A stretch of DNA of 63,955 nucleotides, filler included, from Collodictyon triciliatum (taxonomy: Eukaryota), in NCBI GenBank assembly GCA_043381765.1. It is 6 parts of 6 records of this genome, joined end to end, with 100 filler letters (N's around TTAATTAATTAA, not from the genome) between each part and the next. Parts side by side here need not be neighbours in the genome. Positions count along the whole stretch, not along the records: positions 60,234 to 63,955 come from JBHJMP010000818.1; 5 more parts are not named here. One strand, 5' to 3'. Of this stretch, positions 60,587 through 63,955 are shown in pieces; position 1 is the first letter of the stretch, and each line of letters starts with the position of its first letter. Under the pieces are notes generated by a model. It did no database searches, was not told the DNA's origin, and worked only from the letters and a program-made list of their open reading frames with translations. Position numbers and translations under genes: made by a program.

Positions 60587-62318
60587 TTATTCCCCAAGAG
60601 CAAAGCTGAAAACAATAGTTTTCACACGGTCGCGGGTAAGTGCAAGCGTGTCTACGATCTCTCCATTTTTGTTCAAATGATTCTGAGCATAAACTGCATA
60701 ATTTATCGAAGATGAGAGTTATATGCAGATGATATTTGCTTACAAGTTGTGTGTATCCATGAACAATTATTTCCATTGTGGATATGAATGACTTGTTTTC
60801 AGATGAATATAACAAGCACTTGTAATGATGCTTTTTTTTTTGAGGCAAAAGCGGGATGATAGTGAATGTTTCTTTTTTTTTTTATTTTGGTACACTTTTG
60901 GTAGAGACAAGAATATCGACTATTATTATGAATGGAAGCGAAGAAACGCTCGTGTGGATTTTTTGAAGCTCTTGACATAACTGATATAGGGATATAAAGA
61001 ATACTTGTAAGCTTTTCTTTCTCCTCAAAACTTGGAAACGTATTGATAAAAATATAAGAGAATTGAAAATAAAAATAAGAAATTATTGATAAACAATGAC
61101 CAGATAAAGATATAGATAAAACAAAAATATTAGTTTTCAGAAGGCAAACTCTATAGCTGTGGTAAGTTCCTCATGGAAGTCCTCGTCCGTAACGGAGTTC
61201 TGCTTATGATATATTAATCACATCAATAATTGATCGTCTATAATCAAATCAAAAACTGTAATAACTACAACTTTTCCGTGGTTGGCAGGGGCACTGTTAA
61301 CAGTTGATCGAACTCGTGGCGACTTAGACGGTAGCCCAGTTAGAGTGGAAGGGGGAATGGGTTGGTGATTCTCCGGACTTAAGACACCGACCTTGTCAAA
61401 TGGATGCTGGTTGATATTTTCCTTTTTAGAGTACTGACCAAAATATGTTGAAAGTTTTATCATGAATTGCACAGCTTCTACATTATTTTTTTTTACCTTG
61501 GGTTCTATGCTTAAATTCGTTTCAGTGGCCCAACTTTTCGGCTTAGCATGATTTCTTAATATGTGTATTTGTTAGCGAGGATTTATAATTATCATCATCA
61601 TATGTATTAGGTATATTATTAGCATTATAAGTATTGCTAGTATTTTAGAATTCAAGGGCAAGGAAAAAAAGTTAAGCTGTAAGCTTATATTATTTCATCA
61701 TATTTTAAATATAAAACATTCGTATGCAGCAAACTTTTTCATGGCAAGCTAAAGACATATAGAATAAAAAAGAAGCAATCTAGAAGTAATTGAATACTAA
61801 AGGTTAACACATACGATGAAGTCGTCAAAAATGTATCATGAGGATCAATCCTAAGATGAAAATTTCAAAATAATTACTTCAATATGCATTTTTAGTTTGA
61901 TAAATGACGAACGACTCATGAGAAGCCTTACTTAGGCAATCCAGCCATTCTATTCGCGCTCGCTTGATTAGGTTTTCGATTAGTTGATCGAATACAATAT
62001 TTCATATTTCGAAGAAATTTAGATATTATTCACTAATTAATTTTTTGGAACTGTATAACAGGATTGGTGCAAAAAAGTAAAATGTTCACATAATAAGAAG
62101 AGAAAGAAAAATATTCATTATCATTATAATCATACACCCATGTAATTCATCTGCTTGAGCGAATCGTCTCAGTCTGGCATTAACCATTGCTTCAAAAGCA
62201 TCTGACTAAGGATTGATTCACTGCATTAGAAAACTATTCTAAGCTAAAAATGTCTTACATTAAAACAACGCAAGTCTTCTTTAATTTATCTCTCCTTTTC
62301 TTGATATTACAAAAAGAC

Positions 62319-62413
<95 letters not shown>

Positions 62414-63915
62414 TAACAATAACAATAACAACAACAATAAACAAANNNNNNNNNNNNNNNNNNNNNNNNNNNNNNNNNNNNNNNNNNNNNNNNNNNNNNN
62501 NNNNNNNNNNNNNNNNNNNNNNNNNNNNNNNNNNNNNNNNNNNNNGGGGGGGGGGTGGTGGGGGGGGGGGGGGGGGTTGTTTAGGATACACAATTCAATA
62601 TACTATTACAACAAAGAGAACGGCAGGTGTGATGGTCTGTGAAACCTCAGATTTATTGGTCAATCTATTGCATTCCGAGGTTAATCTCGCCACCTCCTAA
62701 AATTGTACATAGTAAGTAAATAAATAATAAAAGTAGGCAGACTTTGAGTTTGCTCAACCCTCAATATTACCTGAGTCAGTTGTTTCACGAGCGACTCAAC
62801 ACTAGTATCTCCTATAGTGATGCGATCTGTCTGCAAATATTTTCTTTACGGATATGTTCTTATTCTTTGGGTGATGTAAATTTTATACAAAGTTTTTTTA
62901 TAAATAGTTTACTTTCATGCGTATCATCCTATGACGAAGTTGCTCTTTTTCTTGTACGATGATATCATATTTGGCTTGCATGGTATCGATTTGTTTCTGG
63001 GATAATAATCTACGTTGACTTCGATATTGGAAAATACATATGAGAAGTAATAAAAGATACTCATACAAGTAATCGAGACTGGGTTTCGTTAAGGGCCAAT
63101 TCCAACTGGTGAATTTTCTTGTTTTTTGCTACGGAGGAAGCCGATGAGATTATGTCGAAGTTACTGTATTCGTATTCGTATTTGTATTTGTGGTTGCCGT
63201 TGTCGTCTTTATATATATTGTTTGCATTTGTTTTAATAGTACATCGAAAACGAAAGGAAATGTCAAGAACCTCCCAGCTTTTCTCTCATTTCTTCGATCC
63301 GCTTCTCGCTGTTTGACAATGAACTCTTCAGAGACTCAATTGTTTTCTACAATTTGTACAGCAAAGAAAATAGTTCAATTTATTTACTTGCATAAACATT
63401 TTTATCTATGTGTAAATCTTAATAATTTGAAGAGTTCGCATAAAAAAAAGGAGTTTTTGTCTTGGAATTCTTTATGTTAACCTGAAGTCCAATCAGTTCC
63501 TGGTTCATTTGACCCAAAGAAACCTGAAGATCTGAATATATGTTCATGTATATAATAAGGGTGGAGGCAAGAGTTCAACTCTACTGATTTGTCGACTAAA
63601 TATATCAGAACCTCTTGTGTGTTGCTTCTTCATTTCTTGCATATCACGGTGGTGAGATTTTCGAAGGGCCTCGATTTCCTGCATCAAGGAATTCATTTTA
63701 AATATTTATGCTCGTTTGATTTTCTATGACATAAATCTTTATTGCAGTTTTTAAACAGATTTAATGATATGCGTGAATGAAATCGTACCAAAAGGTGCTT
63801 TTGGGTCAATACTTGTGTGTCTGAACCTTCGATCAACATCATAATCTTGACGTCTTTAGCCGCGATCATTTCATCAAATAGTCGATCTTTTGATCTTATG
63901 ATGAACCTGATTTCC
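60587..63915 (-). CDS. Multi-exon coiled-coil protein of unknown family; 5' partial
   Basis: GT-AG-bounded open exons such as EIRFIIRSKDRLFDEMIAAKDVKIMMLIEGSD, EIEALRKSHHRDMQEM and KTIESLKSSLSNSEKRIEEMREKL; putative end ...IVFSFALGE* is uncertain. Confidence 0.55.
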
Positions 63916-63955
63916 TGTAGTAGATCGCAAAAAAAAAAAAAAAAAAAAAAAAAAA

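Overview
Eukaryotic, AT-rich, intron-dense draft genome, probably from a protist; the organism cannot be identified from this window. The standard genetic code is used: TAA, TAG and TGA all end genes. The window is not contiguous. Five 100-nt spacers (44 N + TTAATTAATTAA + 44 N) join six scaffolds: 1-21703, 21804-41470, 41571-46862, 46963-55590, 55691-60133 and 60234-63955. Manual splicing supports about 12 genes: TMEM245-like, nucleoporin TPR/Mlp1-like, NERD1/FG-GAP-like, neutral ceramidase, two intronless orphan membrane proteins, an intronless pseudokinase, a RING-TRAF-NACHT-TPR fusion, a CCDC177/185-like coiled coil, an LRR protein, a CCHC-knuckle + tandem cNMP-binding protein, and an unknown coiled-coil protein. 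The two strongest leads both look like immunity or cell-death proteins. One is an NLR-like STAND protein whose N-terminal effector is a RING/TRAF E3-ligase module. The other is an MLKL-like helical bundle + pseudokinase. They lie on different scaffolds, so linkage is not shown. All homology calls come from recalled motifs, not database searches, and exon boundaries are hand-inferred.
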